Assembly (NCBI GenBank): GCA_950097015.1
Contig: CATNEN010000002.1
Span: 5,580,001 to 5,644,000, forward strand
Direction of reading: 5' to 3'
From: Macrostomum hystrix
Lineage: Eukaryota; Animalia; Platyhelminthes
Length of the DNA stretch: 64,000 nucleotides
Part shown: positions 45,961 through 57,906 of the stretch, piece after piece
Position numbering within the stretch: position 1 is the stretch's first letter
How the letters are laid out: every line of letters starts with the position of its first letter
Notes under the pieces: generated by a model
Databases searched by the model: none
Told to the model about the DNA's origin: nothing
Seen by the model: only the letters and a program-made list of their open reading frames with translations
Translations under genes and position numbers: made by a program

Positions 45961-48900
45961 CTTATCAGGATGCGGAGCTGCCAGATTACGCTTCTTGGCC
46001 TGCGCGGGCGCGCCGTACATACCACCGACAAGCGCCAATCCAGCCGGCATTCCAGAAGCACCAGGCCCGGAGCCTGAAGCCGAAGTTGAGGCGGCAACGT
46101 TGCCAGGCATTTGCCGGCCATTGTTTCCCAACTGGCCAACAGACGAAGAGCTGCCAGACGAGGTCAAAGCGGCATTTTCGGCCCGCCGGCCTTTCTCAAG
46201 CTTCTTGCGCAACTGCTGCTTAGCTATGGAGTTTGACTCGTCTCCGTGATTCATGGACTGTAGCTGCTGCTGCTGCTGATGCTGCTGATGCTGGAGCTGC
46301 TGAAGCTGCTGATGCTGCATCTGCAGTTGCTGATCGTCCAGGGCACCGCTTGAGATGTCTTCAACAGAGGCCGGGGCAGAGTCAGTGCCAGAGGACTCCA
46401 TGGCCCGCTCCTGCAGATGCTGCTGATGCGGATGCTGCAGCTGAGACGACTGCTGCAGCTGCTGCTGGATCGTGTGCTGCTGTTGCTGCATCAATTGCTG
46501 CTGCTGCTGCTGCCGCAGGTTCTGCTGATGAAAGGCGTAGCTATTCGGCTTACCAGGCGGAGACGGTCTTCGCACAGCGGCAGTCGGATCTGCCGGCTTC
46601 TGTAACGCAGAAGAGTTTACCGGATCGGCGGCCGAAGCTGCACCGCTGGTGGTGGCGGCGTTCATCCGGATCGTCATCTTTAGCGGCTTCTTTCTGGACT
46701 CCACAGAGGACGCCTTGTTGGCCTCCTCCTTGGCCGGATCGAAGTCATAGACGCTGCCGGGATTTTTCTGCTGGGCCGCCGACGCGTAGTTCGGGCCGGC
46801 CTGGTCCTGGGCGCCTATTTTGTTCTTCGGAATGGTCAGGCGAAGGCTTTGCTGCTGCTGCTGCTGTTGAAGATTGGATGCGGCTTCGTCTGACTGAGAC
46901 ACCCCGACAGATGATGCCATATCGCTGCCAGGTAGCAGAACGAGGCCATTTGATGAGGAAGTCTGTTGTTGATGCTGGTGCAGCAGCTGCTGCTGCTGTT
47001 GCTGCTGCTGCAGATGGCCATGACCGGAATTCATGCCTTGCATAGAGGCCGGATGATGCTGAGCCTGCATGTGATGCTGCTGAGCTGGAAAGCCGGAGCC
47101 GGTGGGAATGTCATTAGCGTAGCGCATCTGCTGCTGCTGCTGCTGATGCTGATGGTGCAGCATCTGTTGATGATGCTGGTCAGAGGCGCCCAGCTGTTCG
47201 GTCATGTGTGCCATACGGCTGACATTGCTGTCATAAACAGCCGAGGAAGCATTGAGACGCTGAGTTTGCGGTCCGGCCTGCATGCCGGGAGCGGAAATGT
47301 AGGAGCCGGGCGCTTGGTTATCTAGGCTGTGATTCAGATGATGGTGATGCTGCTTCTGCTGCTGCGGGTCAAAGGCACCGGGACCCATCCTATTTGGCTG
47401 CATGACTGGCGCCGTTGTTGTTGACATTGACGCTGATGAAGGCGCAGATGAAGCGGCAGCAGCTGCCGGATTGGTGCGGGGTTTCCGCTGCTTCTTGACC
47501 CTACCGGCAGCTTTGGCTCCACCAGAGGCTGCGGAATCAATCTGAGGCGGCTGCTGTTGCTGCTGAGGACTAGTCATTGTGCGCTGAGTAGCAGGGGCAC
47601 GATTGTAAACAGGCTGCTGCTGCTGCTGGCCGTAGCCAGGCGGACCTCCTGCATTAGGAAACATTTGTCGATGCTGCTGCTGCTGCTGTTGCTGCTGCTG
47701 AGGCATTGGCATGGACTGCGGGACATTGCCGCTACTGCTCTGATCGTCCTGCAGCAGGCTGATGAGCACCGGATTCTGGTAGGTTTTATCCTGCGCCGGC
47801 GGAAGCGGCGTGAATGTGCCGCCGCTTCCGCCGCCTCCGCTGTCGCCATGGTGATGACTTATCAGCTGCTGATCCATCGGTGTGCCAGGAGGACCTCCGA
47901 TTTCCATTGCGACTGCTGCCGGCGTGGCCGGATGATGCAGAGGCTGGGGAGTATGCGGAGTGTGCGGCTGGGGCGTGTGCGGCTGGTGCTGCTGCTGCTG
48001 CGGTGCTGGCGAGCCCAGCATGTGGTGATGAGGAGACGCGGGAGGCATTTGCACATAGCTTGGCGGCGTCTGCGGTGGGCCATAGCTCACACCAGGACCC
48101 GTAGGACCAGTGGCGTTGGCAAACTGCGCATGATAGGACGGGTGCGGCTGCTGCTGCTGGCTAGCCTGCGGTGGCTGCGGCTGCGACTGGCCGGATGAGC
48201 CCGGATAGAAGGGCTGCCCGCCGGACCTGTACTGCTGTACACCAGCGTACGGAGGCGTTTGCGAATGAGTCGGCGGTCCATGGTAGCCAGACGGGATCGG
48301 CATTCGCTGATGAAAGCCGGGGCCGCCGCCTGCGCCGCCAGGCACGTGGGACAGGTGCGGCCGGTACTGCGGTGGGAGGTGAGGCGGTGTAGCCTGGCCA
48401 CCAACCAGCTGCTGGTGCTGATAGAGCTGGTGCTGCTGCGGATAAGGCTGCTGGAACTGCTGGCCATAGTGATGCGGCGGATGATGATGATGATGACTGC
48501 CGCCACCGTCAACACCGGCTGGATGACTAAGCTGGCGGGTCAGACCGTAGGGCGGCGGCGCCGGATGGTGATGCTGCAGCTGCGGATGATGAGGCCCGCC
48601 GTAGGGGGGCAGGCCAGGATGCGGCAGCGGGTGCGGCGGAGTGAAATCGACGGGCTGCGGTGGTCCAAGCGGATGTCGCTTTCGCTGTGGTGCCGGTGCC
48701 TCCAGGCAGAAACGCGGACGGGAGGCGAGTAGAGTTGAGGAGGCTGCCGACTTGGCCAGGCTGCCGATGGAGGTGGTGACGCCCTTCACTTGCACGAGGC
48801 TGTTGGCTAAGGAAGCTACAGCGGCAACGGAGTACAGCCGATGCTGCGGAGTCGCCGGAGGCACCTTTATCTGCGCGAAGGACAGGCGCCGACGATGATG

Positions 48901-49187
48901 CCGGACGCTGCGAGGTCGCTGTCTGTCTCGTAGGCGTTGAAGTCGACGAATGGCCAACGGCAGCGACAGGCCGCCAAGGCGAATGGCGCGTTCTAGAAAC
49001 TCGGCGGACGGTGTGGATTGCTCGACGTCGGCAGCGGAGTTAACTTCTTCGCCACCGTCGGGACCTGGATCCGCGGAGGCTGACAGTCGTCGACAGGCCG
49101 GGCTGAAGTCGGGCTTACTCAGCTCTAGCGAGTCTGTTGGAAGCATGCGCGAATGGATCTTACTGGTTCGTAGCACACCTCCTGAGG
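45961..49187 (-). CDS. MED1: MED1 large exon (end of the conserved domain plus Q/H/P/S-rich disordered region with NR box)
   Basis: AEFLERAIRLGGLSLPLAIRRL resembles DDFIAKVVQRCMSIPVTMRAI; QNPVLISLLQ resembles human QNPILTSLLQ (LxxLL); alternative acceptor gives start 49181; donor AAG|GTAAGA. Confidence 0.85.
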
Positions 49188-49529
49188 CTAGAAATATTCT
49201 TAAACGCTTAGCAATAGAAAGTGCAATGCTCTTTCTACTGTAAAATCACATCTGTTAGAACCGCGATTGCTCCTGATACTACTGATCCTACGAGTAGCAA
49301 AGTATGCGCATATGACGACATGATTTATGTATTAGCTGATAGAATACTCACAGGAACGCCTCTTCATGCTCAAGCCTCGCATGATTGACAGCCTGAAGCG
49401 GGTGGGGCTGGCGACCTCGAATTCGAAGCAGGTGACGCCCGGCTCAAAATTTGCTGTAATTCGATAAGAGTATTCAGAGATTAATAACTCATGAAGGAAA
49501 ACTATGACAGTAAATCATCACCCAGTTAC

Positions 49530-49698
49530 CTCTCTGTGGCGTCAATTGCAAGCTGGAGGCCAACAGCTGATTGAGCACAAACTGCTGCCTTAGCAGTGCG
49601 GACACCTGCGCTAGGACGGCTGGGTTAGTGAAGGGCACCGTTCGAATCACGTGACCCTTTTGGGTGCACCGAATCAAGGCAAGCTGGTCGGATAGGCT
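49530..49698 (-). CDS. MED1: MED1 exon
   Basis: VPFTNPAVLAQVSALLRQQFVLNQLLASSL resembles human ITFQHPGRVPLILNLIRHQVAYNTLIGSCV; acceptor ttccag|AGC, donor G|GTAACT. Confidence 0.8.
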
Positions 49699-49754
49699 CT
49701 GGAATTCGGATCGGAGCTCACATCTGGTATGGACTAGCAATCCATATTGTAGCG

Positions 49755-50200
49755 TCTCATTGGCTACACTAGCAATCTATATTCAACTGTCTCTCTCATT
49801 GGCTACACTAGCAATCTATATTCAACTGTCTCTCTCATTGGCTACACTAGCAATCTATATTCAACTGTCTCTCTCATTGGCTACACTAGCAATCTATATT
49901 CAACTGTCTCTCTCATTGGCTACACTAGCAATCTATATTCAACTGTCTCTCTAATTGGCTACACTAGCAATCTATATTCAACTGTCTCTCTAATTGGCTA
50001 GACTAGCAATCTATATTCAACTTTCTCTCTCATTGGCTACACTAGCAATCTATATTCAACTGTCTCTCTCATTGGCTACACTAGCAATCTATATTCAACT
50101 GTCTCTCTCATTGGCTACACTAGCAATCTATATTCAACTGTCTCTCTCATTGGCTACACTAGCAATCTATATTCAACTGTCTCTCTAATTGGCTACACTA
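49755..50200. repeat. 39-bp minisatellite (CATTGGCTACACTAGCAATCTATATTCAACTGTCTCTCT)
   Basis: Fills a MED1 intron. Confidence 0.94.
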
Positions 50201-50245
50201 GCGACTAGACTATGCAATCTATCAGACTCAGAATGGCCGACTCAC

Positions 50246-50486
50246 CACTCGCAGCGGAATCTCCGTAGACAAATCTGGTTGATCAAGCGAGTCGGCAATC
50301 AAAGCCAACAGCGTTGGCTGCTGCCTCTGCTGCTCGGGCGCCGGCAGTGGCACAGGTACACCGGTGATTGCCTGTAACCTGTCCAACTGTTCCTGGCTGA
50401 TTGGAAGTGGTCTATCTAGACGCAGACAATAGGCGGCTCGAACAGGACAGCTGCTGTTAGCAGTCAGCTGGGAGAATGTCGGTGTG
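50246..50486 (-). CDS. MED1: MED1 exon
   Basis: TPTFSQLTANSSCPVRAAYCLRLDRPLPIS...LQAITGVP resembles human TPSFSSITSANS.DLPACFFLKFPQPIPVS...LQNCTGIP; acceptor atttag|C, donor GTG|GTGAGT. Confidence 0.8.
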
Positions 50487-50736
50487 CTAAATAAAGGCGG
50501 ATTGGGATGGGTAGGTTAGGATGTACTTTTAAATGTATGTCTACTTCCATAGTTAATAAGGAAAAAATGTACTTTCTTGAAAAAAGTGTACTTTTTTAGT
50601 TTTTAATGTGCTTTTAATGACATGCACTTTTATATTTAGGACGAAATCTACTTTAAAAGACAAGTACCTCAAAATAAGTTCAACTATGCTTCTTCCATTT
50701 TCACGCAAACATCTGAACCAATCAGACAACACGTAC

Positions 50737-50953
50737 CCCCTGTCTGAGGGCCCAGTTCTTGTCAAAGTGACAATGGGAATAACAGGCAGAATGTGCGGCG
50801 TAGCCGAGTCAACAATGCCCACAGTCGCTGTGAGCTCAACCGGCGGCAAAGCTAATTGGCGATGTCGGCGCTGCAGCCGCGACTGCAGCAGCTGGTGGTG
50901 CTGGCGGCCAAGCCGGTAAAGCAGCAGGCGCTGCGGCCGGCCAATTAGGAGGC
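50737..50953 (-). CDS. MED1: MED1 exon
   Basis: Phase 1 to phase 2 continuity with flanking exons; ...ATVGIVDSATPHILPVIPIV; acceptor tatcag|GC, donor GG|GTACGT. Confidence 0.7.
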
Positions 50954-51247
50954 CTGATAAAAATGCGGGCGCGACGGAACAGATTGGTAGCTTGGGTACT
51001 AAATGTATGGGATATCAGGAAGCTTGGGAAGCTCAGGTATCACCTTCTTGGGATTTTTAGCCCCTTACACACACGGCTCTGTGAGATAAGATCTGGGATT
51101 TAAACTTATATTCTGGGATTTCGATCCCCTATTCGGGATTTTTTCAGTGGGATATTAATACGATTTTTTAACGCAGATGTTTCTTGAAGTGGGATCATTT
51201 TCCTTTAATCTTGTCATATAGTGGGTCATTAATGCCCCCCCACTCAC

Positions 51248-51387
51248 TGCAGCCTTTGTGCAACAAGCGGCCAATCTGGCAGGAGTTAACAGAGGCAGCC
51301 GGCTCCTCGTCGGCAAGGACGGCGCACAGATTGTCGATGTCGATCTGCAGCGATTGGAGCAGAGCCGGCAGCTGACGGCGCAGATTT
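51248..51387 (-). CDS. MED1: MED1 exon
   Basis: ALLQSLQIDI...RLLHKG resembles human LALQSLEQDL...KILHG; acceptor ccacag|A, donor A|GTGAGT. Confidence 0.75.
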
Positions 51388-51457
51388 CTGTGGCGGGGAA
51401 AAATTAGGATTTAATATATGTGCCGTCTAAATATAAATTGTGTATTAAATTTGAAGC

Positions 51458-51644
51458 CACAAGAAAAGGACATCACGTGACTTGCCAGTCACAAGAAAAG
51501 GACTTCACGTGACTTTCCAATCACAAGAAAAAGACTTCACGTGACTTGCCAGTCACAAGAAAAGGACATCACGTGACTTTCCAATCACAAGATAAGGATA
51601 TCTCGTGACTTTTCCATCACAAGATAAGGACATCACGTGACTTG
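51458..51644. repeat. 32-bp minisatellite carrying TCACGTGA
   Basis: About 6 units in a MED1 intron. Confidence 0.85.
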
Positions 51645-51925
51645 GCGGTTGAATCTCAGATACCTATACAAGTATTGAAGTAATACAACGACAAGTATTG
51701 TGTCGTCAACATTAAAGTCATTTTTACTATTAAAATACAGTTGAATAAAATAAAAAGTGCATCTTGAGTGCAGCTAGGCACTAGCCGAGTACACTAAGCA
51801 CATTGCATTTCACATGCACTGGGAAAGAGTTAGAAAATTTTCGTTGCACAAAAAACCTGTCTGAGAATCAGCTCAGTGCTAACACATTGGCGACAGACCA
51901 TCTCAATCCCTCTCCTTCCTCCCAC

Positions 51926-52046
51926 TCAGTCTGGCCATTCGTGAGCAGCTTCTCAACTAAACGCAAATGCAGCCGAGCCAGCGCAGAAGAATCGCATGCT
52001 CCTAATAATCCCCGCACAATTCTGGGAAAGAGCGAATGAATAGACT
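51926..52046 (-). CDS. MED1: MED1 exon (boundaries tentative)
   Basis: FPRIVRGLL...ARLHLRLVEKLL resembles human CPELVQQL...SKHLKGLVNL; acceptor ctgcag|AG, weak donor GA|GTGGGA. Confidence 0.55.
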
Positions 52047-52948
52047 CTGCAGATCCTGTTTCTGCGTCTAGCCGGAGCACCGCCCCCCTGTCCGCTCAAA
52101 GCCCGACTCAAATTTTATTACTAGAAGCCTGGGGTAGAGGGGATAAAAAATATACAAATGGGAAGTCGAGCTCGATTGCCTCTTCCTTGCGACTCGATCC
52201 CTCCCACATTCCCACTCCGCATCCCAAATTCTCTTACTCGCTTGCACACTCATTCCCTTTAGTCCGAGTCCTTGAAGCCCTCTTTCACATCGTCTCCAGT
52301 CTAGATATGTAAATAGAATTTACAATACTTGTAACACTTGTTATTCACTTCTGAGAAAAGATAACTAGACTGACATGGATACCTTTCTCTTCGTGTACTT
52401 TAAGTACGCCCTAGTTGCTGCAGAATCTTCATTATCTCACCTTGTTATCTCACCCTGCTGTCAAAGTGACATCCGATTATCACACAAAACTTGTCAAATT
52501 GACACCTGATTATCACCAGACACGCTGTCAAAGTGACACCTGAAACTGCTGTCAAAGTGACACCTGATTATCACCCGATCCTGCTGTTAAAGTGACTATT
52601 AATATTCACTTAAATCAGTGTCAAGGTGACACCAGATTATAAACTGACCCTGAGTAGCTGTCCAATTGGCACTTTGGAATCACTTAAATCTGTGTCAAAA
52701 AAGATAATTGTTGGCATGACCCTGTTCCTGTCACAGTGACTCTTTATCGTTAAAAATGCTTACCCATCAAACGGCTGGTCGCAGAATTCATTGAGGGAAC
52801 TGATCTGGTCAGTCAGATCGTCCAAGTTGCGACCGTTTAATTTTTCAACAAGATGCGAACAAGACTGAAAAGTTTCCGCGTCTTTTTTGTTAGGATGTGA
52901 TTGATTTCTAAAAATGTATTTTTAGACTATAAATACAGCCAAACTTAC

Positions 52949-53212
52949 AATGCTTTTGTCTCCAATGCACACGTCAACATTAGTGACAGTGCCCTTCAGC
53001 GTGTCCAACGCAATTCTGAATGAGAAAGCGGCATCGCGCCTCGCGAGGACGTACTGCGCACCGATGCCTGGGCATTCCAGGCGGAGTTGCAGCCTTCCCG
53101 CTAGCAGGTTGAGCTGGTGATGCAGGTACTTGGCAAATAGTCCAGGCTCCAATGGAGCATCTGTTAGCCGTTCCACAATGGCAGACAAGTCGATCTCCTT
53201 CTTGTTCTCGTG
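52949..53212 (-). CDS. MED1: Mediator subunit 1, N-terminal domain exon
   Basis: DLSAIVERL and HHQLNLLAGRLQL...FSFRIALD...VTNVDV resemble human MED1 KMSSLLERL and TDRLESIARQNGL...FYVEVQLD; donor ATT|GTAAGT. Confidence 0.75.
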
Positions 53213-53369
53213 CTGCCATGAGGATTTACAGATATGGGAAATGTAACTGGGGGATTAGCAAAATGGATTTGGGATGATAAGGAACTATGAAGTTCGGGAT
53301 AAGAAAAATAAATCGGAAAGCTGTTCAGGAAACCGGATGACTAGGAAAATTAGGGATCCAGAAGAAATC

Positions 53370-53435
53370 GTGTTGTAGTAGTTAATGCGTTTGCCTCTTA
53401 AACCAAGTCCCAAAGCTCGATTCCCTGGTGAGACC
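53370..53435 (+). mobile_element. Degenerate tRNA-like SINE head
   Basis: TGTAGTAGTTAA...GCTCGATTCCC resembles A and B boxes, but weakly. Confidence 0.25.
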
Positions 53436-53527
53436 TCATTAATTTGGGGCGCAGCCGCGGAGAGAAGGCTTTGGGGGCTTGTCGTGCAACTTACGCCTTT
53501 GAGGACTAATCTCCAACTCACAATGAA

Positions 53528-53693
53528 AGTGTACACTGCCTGACGATGAGAAAGTCAGGGCAGATTTACACACCTGTGAGAGCGAGTGCCTGCCTACAGT
53601 ATGTGTGCATGTATGCTACGGGTCAGTGAAATGGGCAGAATTGCCTCCTCGCTGGCTGCGTGTCTAGTGTCACCAAATGATGTGCCATTGCCC
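53528..53693. repeat. Dispersed ~170-bp structured element, copy 2 (MED1 intron 1)
   Basis: Directly alignable with 17550-17718. Confidence 0.9.
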
Positions 53694-53738
53694 ACAGCCC
53701 TCCTGAAAATATAAATTATACTGTAAGGTAAAACATAC

Positions 53739-53750
53739 CTGTGGTGCCAT
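53739..53750 (-). CDS. MED1: MED1 predicted start microexon (MAPQ)
   Basis: tatcag|TGCC ATG GCA CCA CAG|GTATGT; phase 0 joins the next exon in the MED1 frame. Confidence 0.55.
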
Positions 53751-56252
53751 GGCACTGATACATATAAAGTATTTCATTAGCATACAATAAATGACACAGC
53801 ACTAACCTGCTGCAGGGGCAATAAGCAGCTCTCCAAAGTGAAGCTCTCATCTCTGCGAAAAGACACCCTGTGTAGTTTATCCATTAGTAAAAATGTATTT
53901 TGACTAGGATTAGGCAGCCAAAATGCCAGACCAATTTAGGGTTCAATTACATGGCTTTTGGCATACCTGGAAAGTAGCAACAAAAAAGTAAATGCTTCAA
54001 TTTATTTTTGTACCTAACTGAATAAAAAAACTAATGCTATGGAACACTACAGATATAGAACATGCATCATAAGAATCATCTAATTTAAATTACTAACCAT
54101 ATATACAACTCAAATTAAATTAAAATGTTCATACAAATTATTTCTTAGCTATTAACTTTTATATACATATGAAAATACAAGGATGGATATCATTTGCATC
54201 TAGAAATACCATACATTTTTTATATCCGATCATGAGTAGGATTTAAAGTAAAACTCCTTAAACTAAGAAATATGTACAAAGCGCATTCTAGAGTTAAACT
54301 AAAAGTGGCTTATAATTATATATTTTTCTATTATGACTAGATACATAGATGTTGCATACTAGACTTGTAGTTGGATACCATAGTTAAGAAGACATCAGTT
54401 ATGCTTATGCCTTTTAAGAGTTACTAATCCTACTATACAGTGACCTAAATAGCAAGCAATGAATAGGAAACAGCAAAACACAAAACATTAACTCTGCTTA
54501 GTTGAAGGTCAATAAATTCTCAAGCATATCCAAACATTGAAAATGTTTAATGGTAATGGCAATGCTTGATATTAACACATTCAAAACCTGCTATTTTGAA
54601 CTAGGTTTATTACTAATTAGTAATTTATTTTTTAAACATATATATACTTTGTTTATATCTATACTTTACTTTTTTCTTAACTAGGGCCTATTTATATTCA
54701 CTTAAATCAGTGTATTTACTTAGGCCCCCTATATAGTATTATTAAAATTTTTTATTCTTATTTAGAACCTATACATTACAATATGCAACCAAGTGGAAAT
54801 TTTGGAAATATTTGGTCCTACAGTCATTTGTTAGGTGTAATTTTTTAAAGATTGCACTGGTGTTTATGTAAAATTAATTTTTTTTGTCTGGTTCTGGCAA
54901 TAGAAAAATGAGGAGGCATGACAATTGTTGGCTCTAATTCAAACTCTATGGGTTTGGCCATAGACAGATAATGTGACACAAATAGTTGGAACAAATTCAG
55001 ACTCTAGGCATAAAAAAAATTGCCAAACAAACAGCAATATTACCAAAATTGTTGTATAAGCTATGAACAAAAATTTAATTGTTTATACATAGCTAGCAGT
55101 TCCAAATAAAGGCATGAGCACCTGTGTAAGAATTTAATTGCTGGCATAAGCATGGTGTCAGTGCTAAAATTTGGATATTTCCCTCCTGTGTAAGTGTAGG
55201 CCATATAATTAGATGGCTAAGGCATTTAAATATGGTGCAGAAATGTACCTTTTTACATGTAATGGCCTAAAAACCCAGTGCTGTACATGCAATTATAAAA
55301 TTGAGTGGACAGCAGCCATACACACAGGCTCTCTGAAAACAATTTTAGCTAAAGGCACCCAAAAACACACAAAAACCCAAAAGTAGCTTAACCATTCTAA
55401 GTGTTAGGCCTAGTGCTCTGGGTGGGCCTATTTATAAAAAACTTAAACATTATTGTCCGTTGAAGTAGATCGTATAATGGTTGACGGGGTATAATAGAGG
55501 AATGGAGTGAAGATAAAACTGATTATATAAGAATTCCAAACTTCTAACAAGCAATAAATATAGTCGTAAGCCAACTGCACTGCTGCAGTACGTACCCTAA
55601 TAAATCAAAGCGACACACTACTAGGGTAATTGCATTTTCTTAGCGCTTTAAAGCACAATTGTTAAATCAGTAACAGGGTTAATTTTCGACAGCATTTTGT
55701 ATTTTTTATATTTTTTCTACAAAGACAGTCCTCGTTGTGTGAGAATCAGATCAGCATGAAATATTTAGCTAAGAACACTTTGTTAAAAAGCGACGAGCTT
55801 AAACGACGTAGTTAATATAACGACGAGCCAAATTGTCGGCTCTTTAATATTTCTTGCAGAGAGAAATATTATTGAAATCTTTCTTTCAATATTCAAAATC
55901 GCTTTGCATGCGGTTGTGCGCAAGATATTTATGCCACAATTTAATTGTCGATTGACTTCTAGAAGCTTTCTGCGCTTGTATTGAAAATGAAAAATATTTA
56001 AAACATAGTAAAATGCAAAGCTTGAACATAGCTGTCGATGAGTTATTAAACTAATGGAACTGAATACCTTTTGATCTAGTAAGCTAAATTTAGTTAGCTA
56101 AAAACGATGCTTATGTTCCATCGCAAGTTTAGCTTTTACCGCATTCGGCAGTGTATTTATACACTTGATAATTTTTATAAACAAATCGACGCACATAAAA
56201 TACAATTGTAGATTTCCGTAAAGCTTTTGATTCAGTGTGTCGGCATGAAATC

Positions 56253-57150
56253 GCGTGGTTGCTCGAGCACTTTGGCTTCCCTCCGGTTCTTATCTCTGCA
56301 GTGATGGACCTCTACAGACAGCAAAGCCTTTGTCCAAACCTGCAGCGATGGCCCAACTGAGGAGTTCTGCACCAGCTCCGGAGTTCTCTAAGGTGACACG
56401 CTGTCCCTACGTACTGCTCATCATCCTTGTCGTCGACTATGTGCTGCGCCGAAGCCTCACAGAGGATGACAGCAACCTGCTGGTGCCACGCCGGATCTCC
56501 CGCCACGGCGCTGTCCCTCTGCCTGCTCTCGCCAACGTCGACGACATCGCTCTGCTGTGCCGCAGTCCGGCTGCCGCCCAAAGAGCGCTCTCAAGACTCT
56601 GTGAGGAGAGCGCCCGAGTCGGACTGCAAATCAACGCGCGCAAGACGGAGGTGCTGCACGTGGACACGCAGGCCTGGCGCGCGGCGCATCTCCTCAGGAA
56701 GGTTTTCAGCTCCGCTGCCAACGACGACCTGAAGATGCGTCTGTTTCGCGCTCCCGTAGAGCCGGTTATTCTGTACGGACTGGAAGCAGTGCCGATGACT
56801 TACTCAAGGTCTCGAGCGGTTCGAGCTCGGCATCCACTACCTGGAGCGGCTGCCGACGGACTTGCTGATGGCGCGAGCCCGTGTACCTCAGCTCAGCGCC
56901 ACCCTTCAGCGGCGCCGGCGGATGCTTGTCGGCCACTGCCTTCGCAGCTGCGGCTGAGGAGAGCAAAACCCGCTGGCGCTTACCCTGCTGCACCAGCCGA
57001 CTGAGCGTCTCCGACGGGGCCAAGGCCGGACCACCACGCTGACCGCCACGCTGGAGTCTGACCTGCAAGACATTAATCTGACCCCTCAATCTGCCACAAA
57101 CTGTACATCTCGTCTTTTCTCCGAGCGCGTGCGGGAAAGCGCCTGACCTA
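56253..57150 (+). pseudogene. Decayed, 5'-truncated non-LTR (RTE-like) reverse transcriptase fragment
   Basis: LEHFGFPP, frameshifted GVL-(Q)GDTLSPY, DYVLR, degenerate YADD (NVDD), GLQINARKTE, K.RLFRA.VEPVILYG; frameshifts and internal deletions. Confidence 0.8.
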
Positions 57151-57906
57151 ATCTTTGCGTCTATAATATATAGGAATATGCACATGTACTGCACATTTTA
57201 GGAAGTAAATTTTCATCTAGATTCAGGAACAGTACATGTACAATACAAGCACTATGAGTATATAGTGCTCATTCATGGAAATTCTATTTAGTTTGATTAG
57301 GCAGAAATCTGTCAGTTGTGGCATGAGTATCTTGGTTTCGTGAAATCATGCATCAGTTATTGTTAAATAGCTTCAGTTCAGTTCGCGACAGCCTGAGTGA
57401 CAAAAAACAACTAAACCCATCACATGCAGGCAGCCACATTTTTAGGAAAACTTTGGAAAAATTTTCAAGTTAGCATTTAAAGTCTTAGAAGTGAAGTACT
57501 TTTATTTATTTCATTTCTCACCAAAATTCACTCACAATTTAATGACCTTTTTTTCGTTTTAAGAGACTTTTTAAAACATAAAATTGTCATTATAGGTTAC
57601 GGTAAATTATCCCAAGCAGATTTCTAAAAAGCGATTTGTATGAAGCTAAATTTTCAGTCTTTTCGTACTTATCATTGGACATTTTCTTGTTATTGAGCTT
57701 TTGCGCATTTTTCATGTATGTACTTTTACTGAGTATGAATACATTCGTATGTATATAAGGGAATATGGAACGGACAAGGCCTATCAAAATACATCCCAAA
57801 ATAAAAAGGCTTGAGTTTAAGTCGATCAAGGCACTCAGGGGAGTTATAGCGAAAAAAATAAAGACGTCCCATTGTTAGGGATTTCCGATTTTAAGAAGCG
57901 CTCGTG

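Noticed and set aside
52980-53219. ATG of MAAREQEGDRL as the MED1 start, implying a frameshift
   Set aside because: It is out of frame with the conserved region. The acceptor catggcag at 53213 plus the MAPQ microexon explains the structure without a frameshift.
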